Source: a virus
Taxonomy: Duplodnaviria; Caudoviricetes
Length of the DNA: 64,000 nt
Strand: one strand, 5' to 3'
Virus record (IMG/VR): IMGVR_UViG_3300026159_000398
Shown: piece by piece, positions 18,592 through 27,962 of the stretch
Layout: every line of letters starts with the position of its first letter
Position numbering within the stretch: position 1 is the stretch's first letter
The notes under the pieces: model-generated
What the model was told of the DNA's origin: nothing
The model's input: only the letters and a program-made list of their open reading frames with translations
Database searches by the model: none
Made by a program: the position numbers and the translations under genes

Positions 18592-19777
18592 GAAACATTC
18601 CCATATCACGCATTGCGTTATAGACACGTGTCATTTGAGAACGATCAAAAAATTGAGACATTTGACGCATCACTTCGTTCTTTGTTCCACGTAAATCTAT
18701 TTTGCTCAATGCAGACTCAACTGCTTGTTGTAAGAATAATTTGTCGACGCCTTTCATTAAGCCGTGTTTGATGCGATCATGCGACTTTTCGATTTGAGCG
18801 TCTGTAAATTCTTCTTTTAAAAGAGTCACGATATGGTTGAAGAATTGTTCTGATTTGTACAAGTCTTCACCTTCAGAAACTTGGTAGTCTTCAACTGCAT
18901 TTATAACAGTTGTGACAATAGAACCCATTGGAATCATATCAGACTTCCAGTGAATTGCTTCTACCATTTCAGGTTTGCACTTGAACATGTGAACGATGTC
19001 GTGTTCGTCTGTGACATAGAACACAAATCCTTCTGTTCCTTCAATTGTTCCATCTGCCGCTTCTTTATTATGAGCTTGCGCTTCTTCACGTTGCTTTTCG
19101 TAAAAAGCTGTGATGTCTGCATTACCCTTAAAAGTTGCGACATTTTCATTATGGTTCAAATTGAATTCTTCCCAGAATGAAGGAAGAATAATCGCGTGGT
19201 CCTCTTGACGAATACCAAATAAAAGACGAAAATCAAGAGGTACGTGATATTGAATTAAATGAGGATTGCGTCCACCAAATAATTCAAATGAAAGAGCAAA
19301 TGAACCATCAAGAACATTTTCAACGTTTTGTAACTTGAGTTGTGGATATGCTTCAAGCAACTCTTGCCACATGCCAGCAAAATCTCCGAAGCTTCCACCA
19401 CGAAGAATTGGTGTCAAACGAGTCTTGTATGTGACGTAACGATTTCCGCTTGCGTCAGCGTACGAATACGCGCAGATATTTGTGCCATCAAGTTTATCGT
19501 AGACATTGATAGCTTTAAAACGTGGCCAATGATAATGACGGCCATCTTCTTTGCTATCAAATGGATAACGAAGTTTTGGTGTCGCATAAATTACTTGAGG
19601 AACTACACGAACATCATTGACTTCGAAGATAACCAAAGTACCATAGGTATGTGAAGACGAGCTCACACAAATATAGCCACGAATTTTGTTATTGTTATTG
19701 AAGATATCGAATTCGCAGAATTCTTTTAAGTCTGATTCTTTTTTATTCAATAGTTGTGCTGCATCTGTTTTTAACAT
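18578..19777 (-). CDS. ATP-dependent RNA ligase
   Basis: Nucleotidyltransferase motifs DKLDGTN (I), SFELFG (III), EGFV (IV), FKCK (V). Confidence 0.8.
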   Translation of the reverse strand: MLKTDAAQLLNKKESDLKEFCEFDIFNNNNKIRGYICVSSSSHTYGTLVIFEVNDVRVVPQVIYATPKLRYPFDSKEDGRHYHWPRFKAINVYDKLDGTNICAYSYADASGNRYVTYKTRLTPILRGGSFGDFAGMWQELLEAYPQLKLQNVENVLDGSFALSFELFGGRNPHLIQYHVPLDFRLLFGIRQEDHAIILPSFWEEFNLNHNENVATFKGNADITAFYEKQREEAQAHNKEAADGTIEGTEGFVFYVTDEHDIVHMFKCKPEMVEAIHWKSDMIPMGSIVTTVINAVEDYQVSEGEDLYKSEQFFNHIVTLLKEEFTDAQIEKSHDRIKHGLMKGVDKLFLQQAVESALSKIDLRGTKNEVMRQMSQFFDRSQMTRVYNAMRDMGMFPTVH

Positions 19778-19780
19778 TAT

Positions 19781-20353
19781 TTAGAAACTATCTCCTTCCG
19801 TAAATTCAAACCACCCACGATCTTCGCAAAGTGTTGACAATTTATCAAGACCTTGCTGGTAGCGTTTAAGCATGCGATCATATAGAACTAAATAAACCGC
19901 AGCCGAAAGATTCGTGCAATGCCTCGTGGGAATTACGACAAATCTGTGGCAATGTCTCTTCATCATTTGATTTATTGAACCGTCTTCTGGCCCAAAAACA
20001 TACACAGCGTTTTCAGGATGCTCAAATGCTGCAAGATTCTCCGCTCCTGGCTGCAACTCAATTGCAACTGGAACCGCATTAGGAAACATGTCGAAAGGAT
20101 AATCATTTTGGTAAAGCATGACATCCATATATCCTTTCATTCTTTCTTCTCTTGGAATTCGTTTAGCCGCTTTTATTTCAGCTTGGACTCTGTCACCAGT
20201 AAACCAAACTTGCTTCACACCAAAACAAGAAGATGCCCTCAATGTCTGACCGACATTATGAGGATATTTTGGATTGCAAAGAATAATTGACGGTGTTTCG
20301 CCAATGGGCTTTGCGTTTTTACCCATCACTAATGGTTTCATGGTAATCTCCAA
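19781..20353 (-). CDS. SpoU/TrmH-family RNA methyltransferase
   Basis: NPKYPHNVG..LR...FG, VFGPEDG, IP...CTNLSAAV..VLYDR. Confidence 0.9.
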   Translation of the reverse strand: MEITMKPLVMGKNAKPIGETPSIILCNPKYPHNVGQTLRASSCFGVKQVWFTGDRVQAEIKAAKRIPREERMKGYMDVMLYQNDYPFDMFPNAVPVAIELQPGAENLAAFEHPENAVYVFGPEDGSINQMMKRHCHRFVVIPTRHCTNLSAAVYLVLYDRMLKRYQQGLDKLSTLCEDRGWFEFTEGDSF

Positions 20354-20751
20354 ACTAATTGGTTTTTCTTGACACCAAATTTTACAGTTTCTGCATGTGT
20401 CGGAAGAAGAACATCCAGACGGTTTCCTTTAATTCTTCCACCAACATCTACACATGAATATCGCTTTGACGCGAAAATAATCTCACTGCCAAGTGGAATT
20501 ACTTTCGGGTCGACAGCAACGATATTCTTTCCTTGCTTCAAATAAAAATCTATCGTCTTTCCGGTTGCTGTCTGTCCGGCCCATTTGCCATTACAACAGG
20601 CATTTGGACAATATGCCGTGACCGTAAAAAGTTTCATCATTGGTAAAAAATCTCCAGTTGATTCATATTTCACGACAACAAATGCCATTGAAATATAAAA
20701 AAACAAAAGCGTGAATAGCAATATCCACTGTTTACGGTCTTGACTTCTCAT
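20338..20751 (-). CDS. 3D-domain cell wall hydrolase-like protein
   Basis: TVTAY, TATG, VAVDPKVIPLGS, DVGG.IKGNRLDV; N-terminal TM helix. Confidence 0.88.
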   Translation of the reverse strand: MRSQDRKQWILLFTLLFFYISMAFVVVKYESTGDFLPMMKLFTVTAYCPNACCNGKWAGQTATGKTIDFYLKQGKNIVAVDPKVIPLGSEIIFASKRYSCVDVGGRIKGNRLDVLLPTHAETVKFGVKKNQLVWRLP

Positions 20752-21303
20752 TTTGCTTTACCACTTATTATCTGATGATAAAAACCAATAAGATCATTGA
20801 TTTCTACTGGCTGAAAATCCCATACATCAACTCCCACATTAATGAGAGGAACTTTTATTTCATCACCATCAGGCTTATAAATGAATTTCCATTTTTCATG
20901 AACGTGACCACAAATCACAGCATCACAAAACTCAGGAACTTCAAGCTTCATTGTTGGAGGAATGTGAGTAACAAAGAAAATCAAATCACCAAAATGCATA
21001 ATAGCATCAGTAATTAAGGCTCTCACTCCATTGTTGACATCATGATTTCCACGAATGTGAATTATCTTGGCGTGAAGTTGTTCTTCATATATTTGCGCTT
21101 TGACTCTGCCGCCTTGCCCGCCACCATGAAAACAAAAATCTCCAATGTGGTAAATCACATCTCCTGGTTTCGTCTTCTCATTGAACGAATGAATTATCTT
21201 TTCATTCATGTCTTCAAGCGTTTTGAATGGGCGACCACAATACTTAATGATGTTTTCGTGACCAAATTCAGAAGTGTGCGTCAGCTGATAAATAATTTCT
21301 CAT
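20748..21303 (-). CDS. calcineurin-like metallophosphoesterase interrupted near its 5' end (bypass, pseudogene or sequence error)
   Basis: 21303 start gives MRNYLSADAHF-stop. After TGA-A the +1 frame reads FGHENIIKYCGRPF...MNE...GD, GNHD, GHVH, INVGVD. Confidence 0.75.
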
Positions 21304-22134
21304 TTATTTACCTTGACGCACACTTTTATTTTCCTCATAATATGATTGAATATAATCATCTTTATTATATCTTTCTCCCTTTTCATATTTTTGAATCAAT
21401 TGCAAACATTGATTTTGTTCAGACCAATCTCCTTTAAAATTTTTAATGGCTATAAATAATTCATTTAATGTTATTGAATCATTGTCAACATATCTTTTTT
21501 GCTTTTTAGCTACATTTTCACCATGTAATAAAATTTCACAATTCGCTGGATGTCTCAAAATTTCAGGAAAAACTTTTAATTCAAATCCACTTTTTCGTGA
21601 AAATTTATGATCACGAACTACTCCTTTTGTGTTTGTACGACAATTGAAAACTCCATTATTTTTTAATTTTTTATATCCTTTTATTTCATGTCTATCAAAC
21701 ATTCTTGATATCCAATTTGATAAATCGGCATACAGTTTGAATTCATCTTTTTGATTTAAAGGAATCCAATGACCAAATTTCTCCATTGATTTTCTTAATT
21801 TTATTTTGAAATTATCAGTAAATTTTTCACTTGATTTTTGACCGATTTTAATTTTAGATTTTTTTGAATGATGTTTTCCTTTAAAGGAGTTATTAAAAAT
21901 TGCTCGACATTTATGACAATATTGAGAACCACGTTGTATTGGTTTACCGCATTGACAAAAATTTTGAATTCTGCTTCGTCCGTCTTTATAATGACAATTG
22001 TTTTTTCCTGAACTAGCTTTTGATAAAAGTTTCTTCTTACATATTTCAGAACAACTTTTCTTTTTAACTGATGGTGTAAATTCACCAATCAATTTACCAC
22101 AAACTTCACAATAATTTTTAATTTTTTGTTTCAT
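21304..22134 (-). CDS. putative homing endonuclease (zinc-ribbon, NUMOD3, HNH-like)
   Basis: CEVC, SGKNN.HYKDG, FKGKHHSKKSK.KI (NUMOD3), RDHKFS...HPANC...N. Confidence 0.75.
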   Translation of the reverse strand: MKQKIKNYCEVCGKLIGEFTPSVKKKSCSEICKKKLLSKASSGKNNCHYKDGRSRIQNFCQCGKPIQRGSQYCHKCRAIFNNSFKGKHHSKKSKIKIGQKSSEKFTDNFKIKLRKSMEKFGHWIPLNQKDEFKLYADLSNWISRMFDRHEIKGYKKLKNNGVFNCRTNTKGVVRDHKFSRKSGFELKVFPEILRHPANCEILLHGENVAKKQKRYVDNDSITLNELFIAIKNFKGDWSEQNQCLQLIQKYEKGERYNKDDYIQSYYEENKSVRQGK

Positions 22135-22199
22135 AATACATTATATTAAACTGAACAAAAAATTTTTATTAAATAAATTTAATGACCAAAATAAAATCA

Positions 22200-22421
22200 C
22201 TAAAACAAATCTTCAAATGGGTCATAATTAGCTATTGTCCAATCGAGACGAAGTTCTTTACGTCTTTGCTTTTTCATCTTACGTGGCATATCAAATGTCT
22301 TTTGCCATTCCTGATGAATCCACTTCCTCTTGGTCTCTTGAGCTTCCTTCACTGCTACCATTTGATTCATCACCAGCCCGAATGTTCCCATTATCGTTTC
22401 GTTCATAATTGCCTCCAGCAT
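22200..22421 (-). CDS. hypothetical protein
   Basis: Basic small ORF overlapping the 3' end of the upstream gene. Confidence 0.5.
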   Translation of the reverse strand: MLEAIMNETIMGTFGLVMNQMVAVKEAQETKRKWIHQEWQKTFDMPRKMKKQRRKELRLDWTIANYDPFEDLF

Positions 22422-23082
22422 ACTGGACGTTCATCCACCATTTGGTATTTGGCCAGCAATTTAAGCACCACCAACGACAACCAAATGAATTTCCTTGCGT
22501 ATTAGCATGGTAATGGCCAAAAAACCAAAACTCAGGTTTAAATTCATACAACAACTGATTGAGCACAAACATAGTGGGATCATTCGCTTTGTCGTAAATT
22601 CTAAGTCTTTCAAAAATACGAAAATCCCATGGCGCTGTATGACTACAAATTGTATCAACTTTTCCAGGGTACGAGAGACAAAAATCTAAATCACTTTGAT
22701 TCAGTGTTTCTTGTTCCCACCATGAAATATTTGGTTGCCTCCACGCTTTATCGATGGAATATGCTCCACCGACAAACATGAAGTTTCTTTTATTTATTCG
22801 AAGTGTAGAACCAATAGGGCACCAAAAAATATTCTTTTCAATTTCAATTGGTGTTCTTCCTCTGCGTCCTACTTCTTTTTCTATTTGATTCCAGTCAGAA
22901 TGATTTCCGGGTATCAAATAAACTTTGCAATTACTTGGTTTAATTTTTCCAACATTATTTGTTTCTGGCCAAAAATAAGCATTATCACCTAATTGAATTA
23001 AGATGTCCGGTTCTTTTTTATTTATAAGTGTATTTATTGCACCAAATTGCCCGTGAATGTCACCTACTGCTAATACTTTCAT
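22291..23082 (-). CDS. calcineurin-like metallophosphoesterase
   Basis: GDIHG, QLGD, GNH, GGAYSIDK, SHTAP, FFGHYH. Confidence 0.88.
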   Translation of the reverse strand: MKVLAVGDIHGQFGAINTLINKKEPDILIQLGDNAYFWPETNNVGKIKPSNCKVYLIPGNHSDWNQIEKEVGRRGRTPIEIEKNIFWCPIGSTLRINKRNFMFVGGAYSIDKAWRQPNISWWEQETLNQSDLDFCLSYPGKVDTICSHTAPWDFRIFERLRIYDKANDPTMFVLNQLLYEFKPEFWFFGHYHANTQGNSFGCRWWCLNCWPNTKWWMNVQYAGGNYERNDNGNIRAGDESNGSSEGSSRDQEEVDSSGMAKDI

Positions 23083-23087
23083 ATTTA

Positions 23088-23118
23088 ATTATATTCCATT
23101 ATTGATGTTTTCGTTTAG
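23088..23118 (-). promoter_or_regulatory. phage promoter CTAAA-N20-TATAAT (probably leaderless)
   Basis: TATAAT ends 5 nt before the ATG at 23082. Confidence 0.7.
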
Positions 23119-23198
23119 AATAAAGTTCTTTCTTTTTTTGATCGGCTATAATTTTTCCATATTTCTTAATCCAAGTTTCATATTTCCTCCATTTAATA

Positions 23199-23229
23199 AT
23201 TATATTGAAACAGAGTGATTTTCATTTAG
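23199..23229 (-). promoter_or_regulatory. phage promoter CTAAA-N20-TATAAT
   Basis: Exact motif and spacing. Confidence 0.65.
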
Positions 23230-23253
23230 GAAAAGTGGGGCAAGCGCCTATTT

Positions 23254-24498
23254 CTAGGCGCTTTGAGGATGGTCTTCGCCGATTTTCCACGGCTTTGAGA
23301 GGTAGTGACCCTTTTCCCAAATGTCACCAGCAATTTCAGTGATGATTTGGGCTTCATGACGGTCGTAGCGGTATTCAACTTCGAACTTGAGGACATCGCG
23401 AAGAGCTTCACCCATGGCCAGCATTTCACACACTTGTTGGAGGCGGCGAGTCGAAAACGCGGTATTGATAAGTTGACCTTCATCAACAATTTTACGCAGA
23501 ACGTCAAAGTATTGAATTACTTGGTCAGCGAGTTTGAGGTCTTTGGAAAGAATCGTCTTCACGATTTCCTTCTCATACTCAGTATATCCCATTTCAAAGA
23601 TCGACCACCGGTCAAGCCATGCCATGTTCAGTATGTTGGTACCAGTGTAAGATTGCGATTCATCACCGCGACCTTTAGTGTTGGCAGTTGCCCACACCCG
23701 GAAATTTTCATGAGGGATAACTTCCTCATTTTCGTTTTGTGGAATGATGAGGGAATCACCTTCGAGAACCGGCTGCAGAACAGCAAGGTGCTCAGGTTGG
23801 GCATAGTCAACTTCGTCAAGAAGCAGCCACCATCCCTTCTTCATGCAAAGCGTAGCAACACCGTCGATAAAAATGGTCGAGCCATTTTTGACAATCAGTT
23901 TGCCAATGAGGTGACCTTCAGTAGTGCCTATGCTGAGGTTGACACGAATGACCTTGATGCCAAGCAGTTCAGCAAGATGCAGAACAAACTCGGATTTTCC
24001 CGTACCAGTCGGACCGCTGATGAAGATGTTGCGGCCAAGGGCAACACGAGCCAGAATATTGGACGTGTATTTGGGGAAATAATATCCACCCAGTTGGCGG
24101 GGAATTGCTACATTATAATCAATTTTTTCAGAAGCTTCTTCAGAAGCGAGTTGCTCTTCCTCAGACACTTCCTCATTTTTCTTCTGGCGTTTTTTGAGGG
24201 CCATCCCTATGTAGTTTTGGTCGATATTGATGGGCTTCGAAGAACCACCAGAGCGAGGTGCCCTTTGAGGAGCAGACGACGGGTCAAAAGCAAACTGCTT
24301 GACGAACTTGTCGAGCGTCATCCCTTTCTTGGTGAGAGTGCTATAAAATTCCGATGTGGGCATCGGAACCCTAACGACGGATTGTGCTCCTTCGTCACTT
24401 GTTACATTGTAAACATACGCCAGAGATTCGTGCGTTTCGATTTGCCATCCACGCGCAGCCATCCATTCGCGTATAGTTTTAAGGTTTGCTTTTTCCAT
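23254..24498 (-). CDS. MoxR/CbbQ/CobS-like AAA+ ATPase
   Basis: Walker A GPTGTGKS, Walker B LLLDEVD, HENFRVWATANTKG, AWLDRW, FSTRRL. Confidence 0.9.
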   Translation of the reverse strand: MEKANLKTIREWMAARGWQIETHESLAYVYNVTSDEGAQSVVRVPMPTSEFYSTLTKKGMTLDKFVKQFAFDPSSAPQRAPRSGGSSKPINIDQNYIGMALKKRQKKNEEVSEEEQLASEEASEKIDYNVAIPRQLGGYYFPKYTSNILARVALGRNIFISGPTGTGKSEFVLHLAELLGIKVIRVNLSIGTTEGHLIGKLIVKNGSTIFIDGVATLCMKKGWWLLLDEVDYAQPEHLAVLQPVLEGDSLIIPQNENEEVIPHENFRVWATANTKGRGDESQSYTGTNILNMAWLDRWSIFEMGYTEYEKEIVKTILSKDLKLADQVIQYFDVLRKIVDEGQLINTAFSTRRLQQVCEMLAMGEALRDVLKFEVEYRYDRHEAQIITEIAGDIWEKGHYLSKPWKIGEDHPQSA

Positions 24499-24530
24499 AT
24501 TACTCCCTTTTTGTTTTTGTTTACGATATC

Positions 24531-24570
24531 ATTGTAACATTAAGTGGCGTTTTTGTAAATACTTTTATTA
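24531..24570 (-). promoter_or_regulatory. sigma70-like early promoter, copy 2
   Basis: AATAAAAGTA-TTTACA-N17-TACAAT. Confidence 0.8.
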
Positions 24571-24855
24571 TTTCTTTTTCTTCTCAAAATCAATTAGCGA
24601 CTGAAGCACCGCTTTAGCATTTTGATATGCTTCAATAGCATATTTATTCTCGTCGGTAATTTTGAACGCGAAGTGACTGAGTGAACCAATTAGTCCGCAG
24701 AGATCGAGCTGCAAACCTCGCGCCATCAAGACTTGTTGCTTACGTGAATATTTCGTTTTCATTTTGCCACCCCTTTCATCAGTCGAAATAATGAATAAAT
24801 TCCAATGACCAACATGAGAACAAAAAATCCAGGAATTATCATCTTTAAATTCCAA
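24568..24855 (-). CDS. hypothetical protein (true start probably internal MKTKY)
   Basis: ORF track; overlaps the upstream membrane protein. Confidence 0.5.
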   Translation of the reverse strand: MEFKDDNSWIFCSHVGHWNLFIISTDERGGKMKTKYSRKQQVLMARGLQLDLCGLIGSLSHFAFKITDENKYAIEAYQNAKAVLQSLIDFEKKKK

Positions 24856-25031
24856 GTTTGATGTCCCTTAAAATACATTATCAATCCACATGCTGCAGAA
24901 GGAATTAACGTAATGCCGGGAATAATCCACTTCAGGGTTTCCTTAATACGAGCATTATACTGTTTCAGTTGTTCATTTTGCGCATGATGGACGATATTAG
25001 CGTGATCAGACAATTTAATTATCTTGGCCAT
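24759..25031 (-). CDS. two-TM membrane protein
   Basis: Two hydrophobic segments; GAGGA RBS. Confidence 0.6.
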   Translation of the reverse strand: MAKIIKLSDHANIVHHAQNEQLKQYNARIKETLKWIIPGITLIPSAACGLIMYFKGHQTWNLKMIIPGFFVLMLVIGIYSLFRLMKGVAK

Positions 25032-25038
25032 TTTCCTC

Positions 25039-27852
25039 CTAGAAAACTTGCATTAGTTTTTTTGAGAATGTTTCTTTAAGGTCTTGAACACCGTCAAGAA
25101 TTGCAAAGTTGTCAGCTCCCATGTAGTGGACACCCTCTCCACTTTGAATTCCAAAACCAGCGATATCAAAACCATTGTTGCGCAGCTTGTTGATAATTCT
25201 GGCATAAACAACATCATTCAGCATATTGGTATCTATCATGTGACCAATATGATAACCAATGCCATTCAGTTTCTCATTATGCTTGGCAACTTCTTTTCCA
25301 ACTTTGGTTTCGTCTTCGTCAATTTTTTCAAGCTTGATAGCAAGCGATTTTTCAACACGCCATACTCCAAAATCTACATGAGCAATTTGCGTGCCATTTT
25401 CATCATTGATAGGAATTTTGTGGTCATGATTAAAATCAAGCGGAATATTGGGTATTGTCTTGAGAACAATCGACCACCTTTCTATCAGCTTTTCAAAAGC
25501 TTCGTCAATGTCAGCATCATCATATTTTGTCCAACGCTGATTTGCAATAAGTTGCTTGACACCCGGCTGAGCTTGAAGTTCTTGCAGCTTCTTAATAATA
25601 AACTCAGTCATAGAAGTCATTCCAGTTACAAAATCAAATCCAACATTATTTGAGTCTGCAATCGTGAATGAATTAGCATCAAAACTAAAATCAACATTGG
25701 TCTTCGGCATGAGATTGTGAATCTCGTCAGTGTCATAACCACCATCATTCAGTACGAACATGATTTTATGGCCTTTAAATTTCGCATTGCGCTTGTAGAC
25801 GCTGATGAAGCTGGAAAATTCAGGAGTGCCACCCGAGAATTTCCTATGGAACCAAGCCATCTTTTTCTCAGTGGAAAGATTTCCAAGCAGGCATTCCATA
25901 TTCCTTGAATGTTTCTCATTAGCAGACTTCAGAACATACACTGCGCCCTTTGCAGAATCGTTGCGATGACGATCACCATGAAAGTACAGAAGTTCAAGTT
26001 GTTGACGAGCAACTTCCGGCTTGGTGAATTCATCCCACTTATACGTTTGACCTTCAGTTGAGCGACCAGAAATTTCAAACGAACCAGTGGTTTCCCTCAG
26101 AAGATTGAAGGCCTTCACAAAAGTTACGTTTTTGCGAATTCCAAAACCTTCAGAAGTAGGGCTAGTAAAGAATGAAATTTCATATTGAAGGTTCAGTCTC
26201 TTGCAAACTTCCACCAGAAGAATGACAGTGTAAATGCACTGAACCAGTTGATAGTCATTCATCGAACCAGAAGCATCAATGAGAAAAACAATCCGTGACT
26301 CTGCAGAAATTTGCTTATAGACCCTCATGAAAGCCCTAGGATTGTCGGGGTTGATGAGCAGTTCCTTCAGATTGTCTTGATCAAGTTCGCCTTCTTCTTG
26401 GTACACAACCGATTTGGAACGATTGCGGTTTTGTAATTTCAGAGAAAGGTAGCGAACAATCTCATTTATTTGCTTGCGATGCTCATGGACAATGCGATTG
26501 TACTGAAGAGCACCTTTAGTATCATACATTGCAGTCCGAGTAATTTGAAACAGATTGCCAATGTTGATTGAACTTGCTTCACAAAAAGTATTGGGGTCGA
26601 AGTTGTAATTATCAAAATCTCTGCCAAAGAAGTCAGAAAAATCAACAACATAAGAAGCTTGAATTTCACGAGTCAGAGCACCAATGGCAGTTTCAGGTTC
26701 TACTTCATCGCCATCCTCATCATCTTCAATTTCCTCTTCTTCCTCTTCTTCACCTTCGCCTTCTTCGCCGTCTTCATCATCAACGGCATCTTGTCCACCA
26801 ACTTTTTGCACAACTTGGTCATTACTGTCGGTGCCATCATCAACCATTGATGAATGTTCTTCTTCATCCATATCTTCAGGATTTACTGGCGGTTTTGAGA
26901 GCTCACGCTTCAAATCTTCTTCTGCAGTCGTGACATCACCATCAGCATCCTCTTCAGATTCTTCTTCGCTTTCCTCGGATTCTTCTTCAGATTTTTCCTC
27001 GGATTTTTCTTCCTCTTCATCTTCTTCTTTTTCAAAAACATCTTCATTGACTTCGACTTCAACTTCCGTCCTACGCTCCACATCTTCATACGTGTCAGCC
27101 ATAGTCTGAAGAGCTTTTTCCAATTCCTTGGCTAATTTGTGCTTGGGATTTTTAGTAAGTTCAGTTTCAATGTCCTTAGCGAGTTCGACATAAGCATCAT
27201 AAACCTTAGCAGTGTCCCTATCAGTCAGAACCCAACTGTACTTTTGAAAAAGTTCTTCATACTTCTCGACGGTTTTATTGGACATTTCGTAGCTGAATTC
27301 CTTGGAACGCAGCATGAAATACGTGAGGCAATTTGCAGCAGAAAAAGTCGGCTTCAGCATCTTCTCAATTTTTTCAGGAGTATTAAAGAAGACATCATCA
27401 AGTTGAGTAAAACCAACTTTCGCGCCTTTCAACGTCCCTGAAAACAAAGCTTCGACACGGGAATCCTCAACAGTCCGGAAAACCAAGTCAAAGCAATCAT
27501 TCTCTTTGAGTTTTTGCAGTTTGAGGCGGGTATTGGAGAAAAGTGCATGGCCCAATTCATGACGAAGAATCAGAGACCTTGCATAAATTTGTTTGCGGTA
27601 AGCAACATCATCCTTGCAAATTGGAATCTTCGGCACTTCTATATAGAAGGAAGTTCCACCCTTACTGGAAACTTCAAAAGCGCCATTAGAAAAATGAACT
27701 GTGACTTGAGGGCGCTCATGGCCGAAATATTTGAGGATTGATACGCAGTAGTCTGCGATTTTCTTTTCATTAGTCCAGAAATTTATATTGGCAAGTTCCT
27801 GGCCTAAAACATCTTGCAGATTATTGAGGGTAGAATAAAAGGTATCGTTCAT
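25039..27852 (-). CDS. vWA-domain (CobT-like) partner of the MoxR ATPase, with acidic linker
   Basis: HELGH and EDSRVE N-terminal motifs, long E/D tract, EEGELD, MIDAS FLIDASGSM, VLNDG, GFGI. Confidence 0.85.
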   Translation of the reverse strand: MNDTFYSTLNNLQDVLGQELANINFWTNEKKIADYCVSILKYFGHERPQVTVHFSNGAFEVSSKGGTSFYIEVPKIPICKDDVAYRKQIYARSLILRHELGHALFSNTRLKLQKLKENDCFDLVFRTVEDSRVEALFSGTLKGAKVGFTQLDDVFFNTPEKIEKMLKPTFSAANCLTYFMLRSKEFSYEMSNKTVEKYEELFQKYSWVLTDRDTAKVYDAYVELAKDIETELTKNPKHKLAKELEKALQTMADTYEDVERRTEVEVEVNEDVFEKEEDEEEEKSEEKSEEESEESEEESEEDADGDVTTAEEDLKRELSKPPVNPEDMDEEEHSSMVDDGTDSNDQVVQKVGGQDAVDDEDGEEGEGEEEEEEEIEDDEDGDEVEPETAIGALTREIQASYVVDFSDFFGRDFDNYNFDPNTFCEASSINIGNLFQITRTAMYDTKGALQYNRIVHEHRKQINEIVRYLSLKLQNRNRSKSVVYQEEGELDQDNLKELLINPDNPRAFMRVYKQISAESRIVFLIDASGSMNDYQLVQCIYTVILLVEVCKRLNLQYEISFFTSPTSEGFGIRKNVTFVKAFNLLRETTGSFEISGRSTEGQTYKWDEFTKPEVARQQLELLYFHGDRHRNDSAKGAVYVLKSANEKHSRNMECLLGNLSTEKKMAWFHRKFSGGTPEFSSFISVYKRNAKFKGHKIMFVLNDGGYDTDEIHNLMPKTNVDFSFDANSFTIADSNNVGFDFVTGMTSMTEFIIKKLQELQAQPGVKQLIANQRWTKYDDADIDEAFEKLIERWSIVLKTIPNIPLDFNHDHKIPINDENGTQIAHVDFGVWRVEKSLAIKLEKIDEDETKVGKEVAKHNEKLNGIGYHIGHMIDTNMLNDVVYARIINKLRNNGFDIAGFGIQSGEGVHYMGADNFAILDGVQDLKETFSKKLMQVF

Positions 27853-27858
27853 GAATAT

Positions 27859-27897
27859 ATCATAACATTAACCCAAATTTTTGTAAATACTTTTATT
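27859..27897 (-). promoter_or_regulatory. sigma70-like early promoter, copy 3 (probably leaderless)
   Basis: AATAAAAGTA-TTTACA-N17-TATGAT; ATG follows 6 nt later. Confidence 0.8.
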
Positions 27898-27911
27898 CGG
27901 TCCCAAGACAC

Positions 27912-27935
27912 AAAAAAGGCCTCCGTGGGAGGCCT
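27912..27935 (-). terminator. intrinsic terminator
   Basis: AGGCCTCC/GGAGGCCT hairpin followed by a T-tract on the minus strand. Confidence 0.8.
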
Positions 27936-27962
27936 CAAAAGATATAAAAATTTTAATATGTT

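Noticed and set aside
23305-24537. 410-aa plus-strand ORF antisense to the AAA+ ATPase
   Set aside because: It fully overlaps a well-conserved gene, has no motifs or evident RBS, and is best explained as an antisense shadow of biased codon usage.
26568-27109. Ser-rich and His/Leu-rich plus-strand ORFs
   Set aside because: They are antisense reflections of the Glu/Asp-rich linker of the vWA gene.
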